Shown piece after piece: positions 20,124 through 28,362 of a stretch of DNA of 64,000 bases (position 1 is the stretch's first letter; every line of letters starts with the position of its first letter). The notes beneath the pieces were generated by a model. The model worked only from the letters and a program-made list of their open reading frames with translations, had not been told where the DNA came from and made no database searches. The position numbers and the translations under genes were made by a program. Source of the stretch: Patescibacteria group bacterium (GTDB lineage: Bacteria > Patescibacteriota > Patescibacteriia > UBA9934); the NCBI GenBank assembly GCA_041666145.1, contig JBAYHK010000001.1, forward strand, positions 3,810-67,809, in the 5' to 3' direction.

Positions 20124-20161
20124 ACAGAAGGTGAAGCGAAGAACTGACCTCGACCACTACG

Positions 20162-20195
20162 ACGACGGCGCCCCACACGCGGGTGCCGTCGTTTT
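20162..20195 (+). terminator. Repeated cassette 3' hairpin/terminator (copies 19151-19177, 20891-20921, 21924-21955, 22636-22668, 23288-23318, 24358-24389)
   Basis: ACGACGGC(T/G)CCCCA...GCGG(G)TGCCGTCGTTTT; the 19151 copy lacks the T-tract. Confidence 0.85.
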
Positions 20196-20242
20196 GCTTT
20201 TGTTTGCAGGGTGAAAAACACACGGAACTTCAAAACACGCGG

Positions 20243-20268
20243 AACCTAGTTAGTGACTAACTTAGTTT
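20243..20268. repeat. ~27-bp palindrome family P3 (copies 21985-22011, 33463-33491, 56150-56178)
   Basis: AAACTT(A/C)GTTAG-NNN-CTAAC(T/G)(T/A)AGTTT consensus; all four copies are intergenic. Confidence 0.8.
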
Positions 20269-20349
20269 GTAAGAGCGCATGAGACAGCTCTGGAATAGAC
20301 AGATTCGTAAATCTCTGCTACTTTTCTTCGTCATCAAGTCACAAAAACT

Positions 20350-20416
20350 CTCTGCGAGGCTTCGAGCCTATCGAAGTTTCACAGGGCAACGGCAGCAGGC
20401 AAGCTGGCGTTGAAAC
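20350..20416 (+). repeat. Cassette leader 4 (B/B type)
   Basis: core at 20382-20397. Confidence 0.9.
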
Positions 20417-20441
20417 ATACATCTTTTCAAGGAGAACATCG

Positions 20442-20876
20442 GTGACGAATAACCTTCTTCGACGCTTTCATCTCAGAAACGGAGTCGTCCTCCACGAGAC
20501 TGATAGCGAATCCATCGACGAAATATTAACAAGCGTCCTTACAGCCTTCCATCTTCGATCTGCAGATGATGCTAAGCCGTGTATCTTCGTAGAAGGAATA
20601 GATCCATACATCTTTCTTCTGCCTGACGATGAAGTCGCCTCCATCGCCGGAGAAAATTGTCAGATCTTCGCCTTCTTCGCCTCCGACGATTTGAGTGAGG
20701 ATCGGCTCGTGCTCTGGGAAGGAGAAGAAGGTGATCAGCAAAAATTCCTGGTGGTAGACGAGAACGGCCAGAACTGGCAGACCTTGCCGATCAGCGGCAA
20801 AAGAGTTCGGATGTTCAAAAGTCCAGAAGAGGCGCGAACGGCGCTTCAAGACGTCAATCAGAACATCGGGCTCTAG
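20442..20876 (+). CDS. Array paralogue 4, short form
   Basis: AAGGAG SD, GTG start; PCIFV, FAFFASDD, RLVLWE, NWQTLPISGKRVRMFKSPEEA. Confidence 0.8.
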   Translation: MTNNLLRRFHLRNGVVLHETDSESIDEILTSVLTAFHLRSADDAKPCIFVEGIDPYIFLLPDDEVASIAGENCQIFAFFASDDLSEDRLVLWEGEEGDQQKFLVVDENGQNWQTLPISGKRVRMFKSPEEARTALQDVNQNIGL

Positions 20877-20973
20877 ACCGCCCCTTCACGGCGACGGCTC
20901 CCCACGCGGTGCCGTCGTTTTGCTTTTCAATAGACAAAACCTCTTATTCCTGCTATTCTTCTCTGTTCCATCT

Positions 20974-21036
20974 CCCTGCAATCCCTTGAAAATCTCGAGG
21001 CATTCCAGGGCAACGGCAGCAATGAAGCTGACGTTG
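20974..21036 (+). repeat. Cassette leader 5 (A/A type)
   Basis: core at 21006-21021. Confidence 0.9.
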
Positions 21037-21052
21037 GTTTGTTAGGAAAGAA

Positions 21053-21913
21053 GTGATGAGAAGAAAAAGAATCATCATTCGAGATGGAAAACTTATCCCG
21101 CCAAAGAGATGGGGCAGTATGTCACAACTTTGTAGGGATACGAACGAAGTCATCTTCGTCGCGCACGACGACTTCGTAGACCCTTCCAGCCGATGCATAG
21201 TCATAAGCGGATATTGGAAACGATTCGTTCAGGTGCCGGAAAAGAATGAAATCCTTTATGTGCAAAATTGCACACCAGAAGGAACGAACAACCGCGAGTT
21301 CGTCAGCCTCGAAGTCGTTCTGTTCTGGGCCTTCGACGAAGCGAACAACAAAGACGTACTCGTGGCATGGAACGAACGAATCAGCACCTCGACCGTTTTG
21401 CGCTGGACCATTGTCTCCACCGAAAACTGGTCAATCATTCCTCTCGACGAACATGCGGTGCGTATGTTCAACAACGTGGAAGCGGCGGAAACAGCCTGCC
21501 CAAACAAAGAGCTCATTGTTCTGACGGACGAAAACATAAACGGATGGAAATCATTCCATGTTCATAGCCCGCTCGAAGGCCTTGATCGTCGGTGCGATGC
21601 AATCATGCGGTGTAGTTTTGTCGAAACATTCAGCATGCCTGGGCATACAGTGATTCCTGTAGTTTGGTGGGCGTCTGACCCGAGCCTCTCACCAGGCATC
21701 GACGTCGTATGCCCGAGCGTCAAGAACGAACTCCCGAGTCCGACGGAACAAACAAACGGCTGCTATCCCACGGTCTTGATGATCGGAGCCAGAAAGAAAT
21801 CACTCATCATCACGGTCGTGACATGGTCTAGAACAGGAAATTCAACGAGGATTTCCCTCTTCTGGAAAAAGTTCACGGGCGAAAGAGCCAAGGCGGTCAT
21901 GACGCGCAGCTAA
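21053..21913 (+). CDS. Array paralogue 5, long form
   Basis: VLFWAFDE, NWSIIPLDEHAVRMFNNVEAAETACP, GWKSFHVHSP. Confidence 0.85.
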   Translation: MMRRKRIIIRDGKLIPPKRWGSMSQLCRDTNEVIFVAHDDFVDPSSRCIVISGYWKRFVQVPEKNEILYVQNCTPEGTNNREFVSLEVVLFWAFDEANNKDVLVAWNERISTSTVLRWTIVSTENWSIIPLDEHAVRMFNNVEAAETACPNKELIVLTDENINGWKSFHVHSPLEGLDRRCDAIMRCSFVETFSMPGHTVIPVVWWASDPSLSPGIDVVCPSVKNELPSPTEQTNGCYPTVLMIGARKKSLIITVVTWSRTGNSTRISLFWKKFTGERAKAVMTRS

Positions 21914-22081
21914 ACCTTCCCTCACGACGGCTCCCCACGCGGGTGCCGTCGTTTTGCTTTTGTTTGCAGGGTAAAAAACACGCGAAACTTCGTTAGTGAC
22001 TAACGTAGTTTGCGAGACGACTCGAAATGGACAGATTCGTAAATCTCTGCTACTTTTCTTCGTCATCAAGTCACAAAAACT

Positions 22082-22148
22082 CTCTGCGAGGCTTCGAGCC
22101 TATCGAAGTTTCACAGGGCAACGGCAGCAGGCAAGCTGGCGTTGAAAC
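22082..22148 (+). repeat. Cassette leader 6 (B/B type)
   Basis: core at 22114-22129. Confidence 0.9.
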
Positions 22149-22171
22149 GTACTTTTCACAAGGAGAACATC

Positions 22172-22621
22172 ATGGCCGCCCATCACAGCTTTTTTCTCAA
22201 AGACAAAAGGCTCTGCTACGAAAGAGAAAGTGAGCCAGTTAGCGAGGTGCTCAGAAGGCTTTTAAGCTTCGGAGCCAAAAAAACATTCAGAGATGGAGCA
22301 TGCTTCTGCATTGACGTTAGCAGCTCATCTTCCTCATGCATCTTTTGTACGCCCGAAGATGAGATCGCCACGATCTCCACAGAGGATTCATGGATCTATA
22401 TCTTCTGGGCCTCTGATCCGGAAGGCAGGAATCGGCTCGTGCTCTGGGAAGAAATGGACAATGGGACAGGCTGTCCCGACGAGCAAAAACTACTGGTTGT
22501 GGATGAGGAAAGTGAAGATTGGCAGGCCCTGCCGATCAGCAAGAGGAAGGTCCGAATGTTCAAAAGTCCAGCCGAGGCACAAACGGCGTTTCAAGACGTC
22601 AATCGGAACATCGGGTCTTAG
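22172..22621 (+). CDS. Array paralogue 6, short form
   Basis: AAGGAG SD before ATG 22172; YIFWASDPEGRNRLVLWEE, WQALPISKRKVRMFKSP. Confidence 0.85.
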   Translation: MAAHHSFFLKDKRLCYERESEPVSEVLRRLLSFGAKKTFRDGACFCIDVSSSSSSCIFCTPEDEIATISTEDSWIYIFWASDPEGRNRLVLWEEMDNGTGCPDEQKLLVVDEESEDWQALPISKRKVRMFKSPAEAQTAFQDVNRNIGS

Positions 22622-22732
22622 ACCGCCCCTTCACGACGACGGCTCCCCCACGCGGGTGCCGTCGTTTTGCTTTTCGAATGGACAAATCCTCTCATATCTG
22701 CTACTTTTCTTCGTCATCAAGTCACAAAAACT

Positions 22733-22799
22733 CTCTGCGAGGCTTCGAGCCTATCGAAGTTTCACAGGGCAACGGCAGCAGGCAAGCTGGCGTTGAAAC
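22733..22799 (+). repeat. Cassette leader 7 (B/B type)
   Basis: core at 22765-22780. Confidence 0.9.
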
Positions 22800-22823
22800 A
22801 TCCATTTTTTTCAAGGAGACATC

Positions 22824-23273
22824 ATGGGCGCTCATCGACGCTTTTATCTCAAAAACGGAGAGCTCTGCTATGGAAAAGAGGGGGAATCTGTCAGCGAGGC
22901 GCTCGAAAACCTTCCAAAATTCAGAGCCAAAGAAACACTCAGAGATGAAGCATGCGTCTGCATTGACGTCAGCAGATCACCTTCCTCATGCATCTTTCGT
23001 GTACCCGGAGACGAGATCGCCAAGATCTCCACAAAGGATTCGCTAATCTATGTCTTCTGGGCCTCAAATCCGGAAGGAAGGGATCGGCTCGTACTCTGGG
23101 AAGAGATGGACGACGGTATGAGCCTTCCCGACGAGCAGAAACTCCTGGTTGTAGATGAGGAAAGTGAAGCTTGGCAGGTTATGCCAATCAGCAACAGGAA
23201 GGTTCGGATGTTCGAAAGTTCGGTCAAGGCGCGAACGGCGCTTCAAAACATCAGCCAGGACATCAGATCCTAG
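22824..23273 (+). CDS. Array paralogue 7, short form
   Basis: AAGGAG SD; clearly collinear with paralogue 6 (YVFWASNPEGRDRLVLWEE). Confidence 0.85.
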   Translation: MGAHRRFYLKNGELCYGKEGESVSEALENLPKFRAKETLRDEACVCIDVSRSPSSCIFRVPGDEIAKISTKDSLIYVFWASNPEGRDRLVLWEEMDDGMSLPDEQKLLVVDEESEAWQVMPISNRKVRMFESSVKARTALQNISQDIRS

Positions 23274-23370
23274 ACCGCCCCTTCACGACGACGGCTCCCC
23301 ACGCGGTGCCGTCGTTTTGCTTTTCAATAGACAAAACCTCATATTTCTGCTATTCTTCTCTGTTCCATCT

Positions 23371-23433
23371 CCCTGCAATCCCTTGAAAATCTCGAGGCAT
23401 TCCAGGGCAACGGCAGCAATGAAGCTGGCGTTG
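23371..23433 (+). repeat. Cassette leader 8 (A/A type)
   Basis: core at 23403-23418. Confidence 0.9.
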
Positions 23434-23449
23434 GTTTGTTAGGAAAGAA

Positions 23450-24346
23450 GTGATGAGAAGAAAAGTGACGAAAGAAGAAGAAAGAGCAGAAGTTACAATT
23501 CTAAACAGAGATCTCGTCCCGCCAAACGAATACGAGAGCATGACTGAAATGTTTTCCGACCAAAAGAGAATCACCTGGCTGTCGGATGAAACATCTACCG
23601 TGGATCCAGAGGAACCATGCGTGGTCATAGCTGAATACCACAGAAGGATCGTTCGACTGCCCGAAATCAACGAGAGAATTTGTGTACGGAACTGCACGCC
23701 CGGACCATCGGACTACAACGCAGTCGAAATCATGATCATCCTCTTCTGGGCTTTCGACGAGGTACGGAACGAAAACGTGCTCATCGCTTGGGACCACCAC
23801 TTGGATCAAGGCCTGAAAAAGAGGTCAGAAATTTTGCTCTGGACCATGGTCTCCGAAACCGAATGGAACACCACGCCACTCCATCAACACGCCGTGCACC
23901 GGTTCGAGAACATGAAAGCGGCTGAGAGGGAGTGCCCCGTTAAGAATAACGTCGTCCTGACTTCGGCAAAGAAAAAGGGATGGAAACTCCACATGGTTCA
24001 CAGCCCGTTCAAGAAAAAACTTGAGTGCCTCAGGATCGTGATGGATCACAGGTTCCTCTGTTCTGAATTCGGTATTCAAGAACATGTACCACTTCCAGGG
24101 ATAGAATGGGAAAGAAGCTTCGCTCAACAAGATTCTCTACTCAATCATGTCTCCCCTCACTTCATGGAAACGTGGGGAGACCAGTTCGATCCTCCTGATG
24201 TTCTCATGATCGGTATAACCATAGACGCTCCCGGCTTCGTCATTTTGGTCCTTCAGAGGTTGGATGGAAATATGCTCGCCATCTACTCGAGGTCACTGAG
24301 TTACGAAGAGGGAATCGAAGCTTTCCGCCGCAGCATCAAATCCTAA
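23450..24346 (+). CDS. Array paralogue 8, long form
   Basis: PCVVI, ILFWAFDE, EWNTTPLHQHAVHRFENMKAAERECP, GWKLHMVHSP. Confidence 0.85.
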   Translation: MMRRKVTKEEERAEVTILNRDLVPPNEYESMTEMFSDQKRITWLSDETSTVDPEEPCVVIAEYHRRIVRLPEINERICVRNCTPGPSDYNAVEIMIILFWAFDEVRNENVLIAWDHHLDQGLKKRSEILLWTMVSETEWNTTPLHQHAVHRFENMKAAERECPVKNNVVLTSAKKKGWKLHMVHSPFKKKLECLRIVMDHRFLCSEFGIQEHVPLPGIEWERSFAQQDSLLNHVSPHFMETWGDQFDPPDVLMIGITIDAPGFVILVLQRLDGNMLAIYSRSLSYEEGIEAFRRSIKS

Positions 24347-24441
24347 CCCCTTCCCTCACGACGGCTCCCCATGCGGGTGCCGTCGTTTTCGTTAGACGTT
24401 GAACTTTCCGCTTCGCCTAGGTACACTCACCCCTCCCCGGT

Positions 24442-25416
24442 ATGAACCCTATTCTTGCTCAAACCATTCTCGATTCCATGCTCCGTGCAGAGCACATTCT
24501 TCTCATGACCGATGAGCGAATTGATGGTGATACGTTAGGATCGACGCTCGGTCTTTTTCATGTTCTTTCAGACATCGGGAAACGTGTTGACGTCTTTTCT
24601 CCAAAACCAATTCCGAACAAATTTTCCTATCTCCCCGGCATCAAAGCTATCCGCGAAGACGACGCCATTCTTCAGCAATCATCTATCGACCTTGCCATTG
24701 TGTGCGACTGTTCTGACGGCGCATATCTTCCAGCATGCGTGAAAAAAATGTCGAACAAAGTATCCATGATTGTATTTGACCATCACCTGAAGAATCCGCG
24801 ATACGGCACGATCAACATTATTGAACCAACTGCAGCATCGACAGCGGACATTGTGTGGCGATTTCTTCAATCAGCAAATCTTCATATCTCTCCAAATGCG
24901 GCGCAATGTCTACTTACCGGCATCGTCACCGACACTCAAGTCTTCTTTTCGTCCAACACCACAAATGCAGCCATAGAAGCTGCTGCAGAACTCAGCATGT
25001 TGGGCGCAAATCTCCCCGCAATCGTTCAACATAATTTCATGAATAAAAGCACAGCCTCACTCAAGCTTTGGGGACTTGCCATGGAGCGACTGCGAAAAGA
25101 CGAAATATTCGGCGGCATTGCCACAGCACTTACGCAAAAAGATATTCAAAGTCATGGCGTTACCGCAGAAGACATTCAAGGAATCTCAAACTTTCTCAAC
25201 GCCGTTCTGAACGAAACGCACGACGTCATTGTGGTCTATCGCGAACAAGAAGATGGAACCATTAAAGGTAGCGCCAGAAGTCGCACAAAAAACGTTGCCG
25301 AAATTGCCGAACGTCTTTATAGCGGCGGCGGTCACAAACTTGCCGCAGGATTTACGTTAAAAGAGAAGACGATCGAAGTAACGGGAAGCAATTGGAGAAT
25401 TGTACAAAAAAGGTAG
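24442..25416 (+). CDS. DHH/DHHA1 phosphoesterase (NrnA-like)
   Basis: DGDTLGS, VFDHH, TGIVTDT, GGGHKLAAGF. Confidence 0.92.
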   Translation: MNPILAQTILDSMLRAEHILLMTDERIDGDTLGSTLGLFHVLSDIGKRVDVFSPKPIPNKFSYLPGIKAIREDDAILQQSSIDLAIVCDCSDGAYLPACVKKMSNKVSMIVFDHHLKNPRYGTINIIEPTAASTADIVWRFLQSANLHISPNAAQCLLTGIVTDTQVFFSSNTTNAAIEAAAELSMLGANLPAIVQHNFMNKSTASLKLWGLAMERLRKDEIFGGIATALTQKDIQSHGVTAEDIQGISNFLNAVLNETHDVIVVYREQEDGTIKGSARSRTKNVAEIAERLYSGGGHKLAAGFTLKEKTIEVTGSNWRIVQKR

Positions 25417-25495
25417 GAAAGAGAATCGTGGACCTTAAGCATTTTGCAACTTTTCAAAACTTTGCTACACTTTTCCGGCAATTCACAAGAAATCC

Positions 25496-25570
25496 GCGGG
25501 TATCGTATAGCGGTTATTATCTCAGTTTTCCAAACTGATGATAGGGGTTCGACTCCCCTTACCCGCTCCA
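25496..25570 (+). tRNA. tRNA-Gly(TCC)
   Basis: GCGGGTA/TACCCGC acceptor, TCAGT-TTTCCAA-ACTGA, GGTTCGACT, CCA. Confidence 0.96.
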
Positions 25571-25571
25571 G

Positions 25572-25693
25572 AAAACACCGTAATTTTGTCTATTTTCGAC
25601 TCCGGTCTGCGAAAACTTCCTCACCGTACCGTGATGTACGCCTCGGAAGATTTTCTTGACCGTCATCGAAACTAGCCTAAAATTACGGTGTTT
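25572..25693 (+). repeat. ~120-bp imperfect palindromic element, copy 2, directly after tRNA-Gly
   Basis: AAAACACCGTAATTTT...AAAATTACGGTGTTTT; compensatory changes relative to 2407-2529. Confidence 0.8.
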
Positions 25694-25748
25694 TGTACTT
25701 GTTAAAAATCGTCTTCCAAATGAAGGCGATTTTTGTATTCCTTATTTC

Positions 25749-25816
25749 ACAAACAACAAACCCCGCGCCGAGAACGACAGCGTCCCCGGTGGGGCTTGTC
25801 GTCTCGCCACGGGGCA
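25749..25816 (-). terminator. ~65-bp long-hairpin 3' element duplicated at 28273-28338
   Basis: ACAAACAACAAACCCCGCGCCGAGAACGACAGCGTCCCCGGTGGGG shared; each copy lies just after the stop of a minus-strand hypothetical gene. Confidence 0.75.
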
Positions 25817-25821
25817 AGGAG

Positions 25822-26418
25822 CTAGAATATCGGCGTGAAGCCCGGCCAGCGATTGAGCTCTGCGTGAGACTCATCGTTTTGTGCCATCGTGTCATCGTAG
25901 AGAACGATATCCTCACCGACAACACACAGACGAGCACCGCGCTTCACGAATGCCCCTTCGTAGCTCGCATCGGCATCGAGTGGAATGATGACCAGCGGCT
26001 TGCTGCTATCTGGGCACCCGTCGATCAACCCATCTGCGAGCGAGATGTGTTGATTGTCGTAGGCGCGGCCGAACCAGACGAACTCGGTAACGCTGCCCGT
26101 TCCGGGATAGAGCCGCTCCACGACTTCGGCGCCGTTCTTCGTGGCACTGATCTCGTGGACGCCTTCCATGTTGACGCAGAGAAGCTTGTCCACCCACGGA
26201 GTCTGCTCGCGGTAGCCGATTGCGTAGGAACTGAAACCGGCACTCAGGCAGTATCGGTCTGGATTCACGAAATCATGGAAATCCGGCAGCGATGCAGAAC
26301 TCGAAGCCGCGGTTACGCCTGTTGGTCCTGCCCACCAGTCATGTGAGCAGCCTACGAAGAAAAGAAGAAGGCCGATGAGGGCCGCGCATGTATGCTCCTT
26401 TTGTCTCTGTGAATGCAA
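25822..26418 (-). CDS. Hypothetical lipoprotein
   Basis: hydrophobic stretch and lipobox-like LLFFVGC; terminator after stop. Confidence 0.55.
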   Translation of the reverse strand: MHSQRQKEHTCAALIGLLLFFVGCSHDWWAGPTGVTAASSSASLPDFHDFVNPDRYCLSAGFSSYAIGYREQTPWVDKLLCVNMEGVHEISATKNGAEVVERLYPGTGSVTEFVWFGRAYDNQHISLADGLIDGCPDSSKPLVIIPLDADASYEGAFVKRGARLCVVGEDIVLYDDTMAQNDESHAELNRWPGFTPIF

Positions 26419-26550
26419 CGATCCTCGTTGCGGGCTTTGCTTTGGATGTCCTCAGCAACGCACCAGATTAACAAAAAAATCAGCCAAAGTCAATCAGTGG
26501 CCGACAAAATTTACCATCCATCACTTCCCGGAAGTGTTATCGCTTTCGTT

Positions 26551-27240
26551 TTATCTTAAAACGTACACTTGATAAATTGGCTTATCTTGGTGTTGAGATT
26601 TCAGATCTTTTCTCTCAACAATTTCTAGACCAACCTCTTTGCACATTTCCTCCATTTCTTCTGGAACAATCACATAATCATCAAACTCAATACATTCTCC
26701 ATTCACAAGCTTTACCTTGAGTCGATATGTGTCTCGTTCTCCCTTACGAATAGTCAGCGTTTCGGAATCGAGTTCGTTGCCAAATAAATCTGCATTTGTA
26801 TTGACCACATAAGCAACCCCGCTTTCACTCTTTATCTCTTTAATCTTTTTCAGGATTTTGAGTCTATCAGCAGGAGGAGCTGTTGTGAGAACGTTCACTA
26901 AAAGAATGGTGTTGAATTTCTGATCTGTTTCAAAAGTAATAAAATCTCTTTTTTGAAAATCAAAATTTTCGCTACTTTGTAAATCGCTATTCAAATCAAT
27001 ACCGAACACCCTATATCCTCTTTTCAACAAAAGATTCGAAAAATAACCTCTGCCACAACCAACGTCAAGAATTGGTTCTACAAAATCTCCCTGTTCGAAA
27101 TACGGTCGAAGAAGTTCGTCTTTAAAAACTGTAGGGACTTCATATTGGTCTAAAATCCCAGACCAATCTATTTGTCTTTCATGAGATTGATCTTTATTTT
27201 CATCATCGAGATTCATAAATTTTTTACCAAAAAAATACAT
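26551..27240 (-). CDS. Class I SAM-dependent methyltransferase (AT-rich gene)
   Basis: ILDVGCGRG, GIDLN; visibly lower GC than its neighbours. Confidence 0.85.
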   Translation of the reverse strand: MYFFGKKFMNLDDENKDQSHERQIDWSGILDQYEVPTVFKDELLRPYFEQGDFVEPILDVGCGRGYFSNLLLKRGYRVFGIDLNSDLQSSENFDFQKRDFITFETDQKFNTILLVNVLTTAPPADRLKILKKIKEIKSESGVAYVVNTNADLFGNELDSETLTIRKGERDTYRLKVKLVNGECIEFDDYVIVPEEMEEMCKEVGLEIVERKDLKSQHQDKPIYQVYVLR

Positions 27241-27377
27241 TCATTCTAATTGATCTTTTTAAAAAAACGAAGTAATGCACCAAGAATGGCTTATCGAATC
27301 TCAAAAAAAGAAATGCCCGCCCGAGCCACAGGCACTCAAAGAGTGTTCCTTGGCTCGCGCGGGCGCGATCAGTTCCT

Positions 27378-28184
27378 CTACTTTTTGTCGAAGACGTAGA
27401 GACGGTGATGAACCGGGCTGAGAACCTGATCGCACTCCAACCGTTGCGACACGACTGGAGAAAGACCGAGCAGTCGCCACACCGTCTGTTCCCAGACAAC
27501 TGTAGACAGGAACCTACACGGCACCGGCGTTTTGTCTGCAGGGTTTTCCGAGTAGTGCATCACCCGGTTGTGAAACCAGTCCCACCAGCACATGTACAGG
27601 AACTCGGTCATATCGTCCGTGACAGACTCGATGATGATCACTCGCCGCGAAGCAACGCGGAATGAATCCGCAAGCAAAGCTTCAGGATCATTACTGTGAT
27701 GGTAGACGTGGAGAACAACGACGGTCTCCCAAGACATGTCGGGAAGATCAATCACGTTGTCTCTTACCTGAACAAACCTGAGGCCATCATCACGTCGCCA
27801 ATCGCGAACATCAGCGATACAAACCACGTAGCCGTCCCTGGCAATACACGCACCAATCTCTCCGCTCCCCCCGCCCAAGTCGAGCACCGACGATCCACGA
27901 ATATGCGAACGAATTTTTGAGTATGCGAGGTTTGCCCGCGCTTCCATGCCTGACGCAAGGTTCTCCATCCCCGGCAACGGCATCGTATGGCGCAAAGACT
28001 GCTCATACTTTCGAAGATCCTCAATGTCTCCGTCGAGCAAGAAGCTCTCGATGAAAAACTTCGCTTCTCCCTCGTTCCACCCCAGGCTCAGAAAAGCCTG
28101 CAAAACAGATTCGCGAATCATCCCCGCTACAACAGGATCATGCCTAGCAGCGTCCACCATTCTCTGAAGATTCGATTCTCTCAT
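27378..28184 (-). CDS. Class I SAM-dependent methyltransferase
   Basis: VLDLGGGSG, LHVYHH, RRVIIIE; GAGGAGG SD before ATG 28184; long hairpin terminator at ~27303-27366. Confidence 0.85.
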   Translation of the reverse strand: MRESNLQRMVDAARHDPVVAGMIRESVLQAFLSLGWNEGEAKFFIESFLLDGDIEDLRKYEQSLRHTMPLPGMENLASGMEARANLAYSKIRSHIRGSSVLDLGGGSGEIGACIARDGYVVCIADVRDWRRDDGLRFVQVRDNVIDLPDMSWETVVVLHVYHHSNDPEALLADSFRVASRRVIIIESVTDDMTEFLYMCWWDWFHNRVMHYSENPADKTPVPCRFLSTVVWEQTVWRLLGLSPVVSQRLECDQVLSPVHHRLYVFDKK

Positions 28185-28362
28185 TTCACTATCCTCCTCT
28201 TGGAAATCCCAAAGCTCACAACGAACTCGCGGAACAAAGAAAAATAGCATTGAATGTTCCTGCTGTCCATAAACAAACAACAAACCCCGCGCCGAGAACG
28301 ACAGCGTCCCCGGTGGGGTTTGTCGTCTTGCACGGGGCGAGTAACGTCATGACTGCCAGTCA

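Larger units (their letters stand above)
17172..24389 (+). other. Tandem array of eight gene cassettes (promoter-structured leader-paralogous ORF-hairpin)
   Basis: eight copies of CAGGGCAACGGCAGCA, each just upstream of an ORF; seven related 3' hairpins; six promoters with 17-nt spacing. Confidence 0.92.

Noticed and set aside
17248-22799. 35-nt repeat CAGGGCAACGGCAGCAGGCAAGCTGGCGTTGAAAC resembles a CRISPR repeat (hairpin, ends TTGAAAC)
   Set aside because: Copies are hundreds of bases to kilobases apart and separated by whole genes rather than 30-40-nt spacers. Three of eight copies lack the GAAAC end, and no cas gene is in the window.
17295-24346. Diversity-generating retroelement as the source of ORF variation
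   Set aside because: No reverse transcriptase and no template/variable repeat pair with adenine-specific differences were seen; divergence spans the whole ORFs.
17172-24389. Integron cassette array (attC sites)
   Set aside because: The AAC...GTT hairpin is far shorter than an attC and lacks RYYYAAC. The element lies upstream of ORFs that mostly have their own promoters, the cargo genes are paralogues, and no integrase is present.
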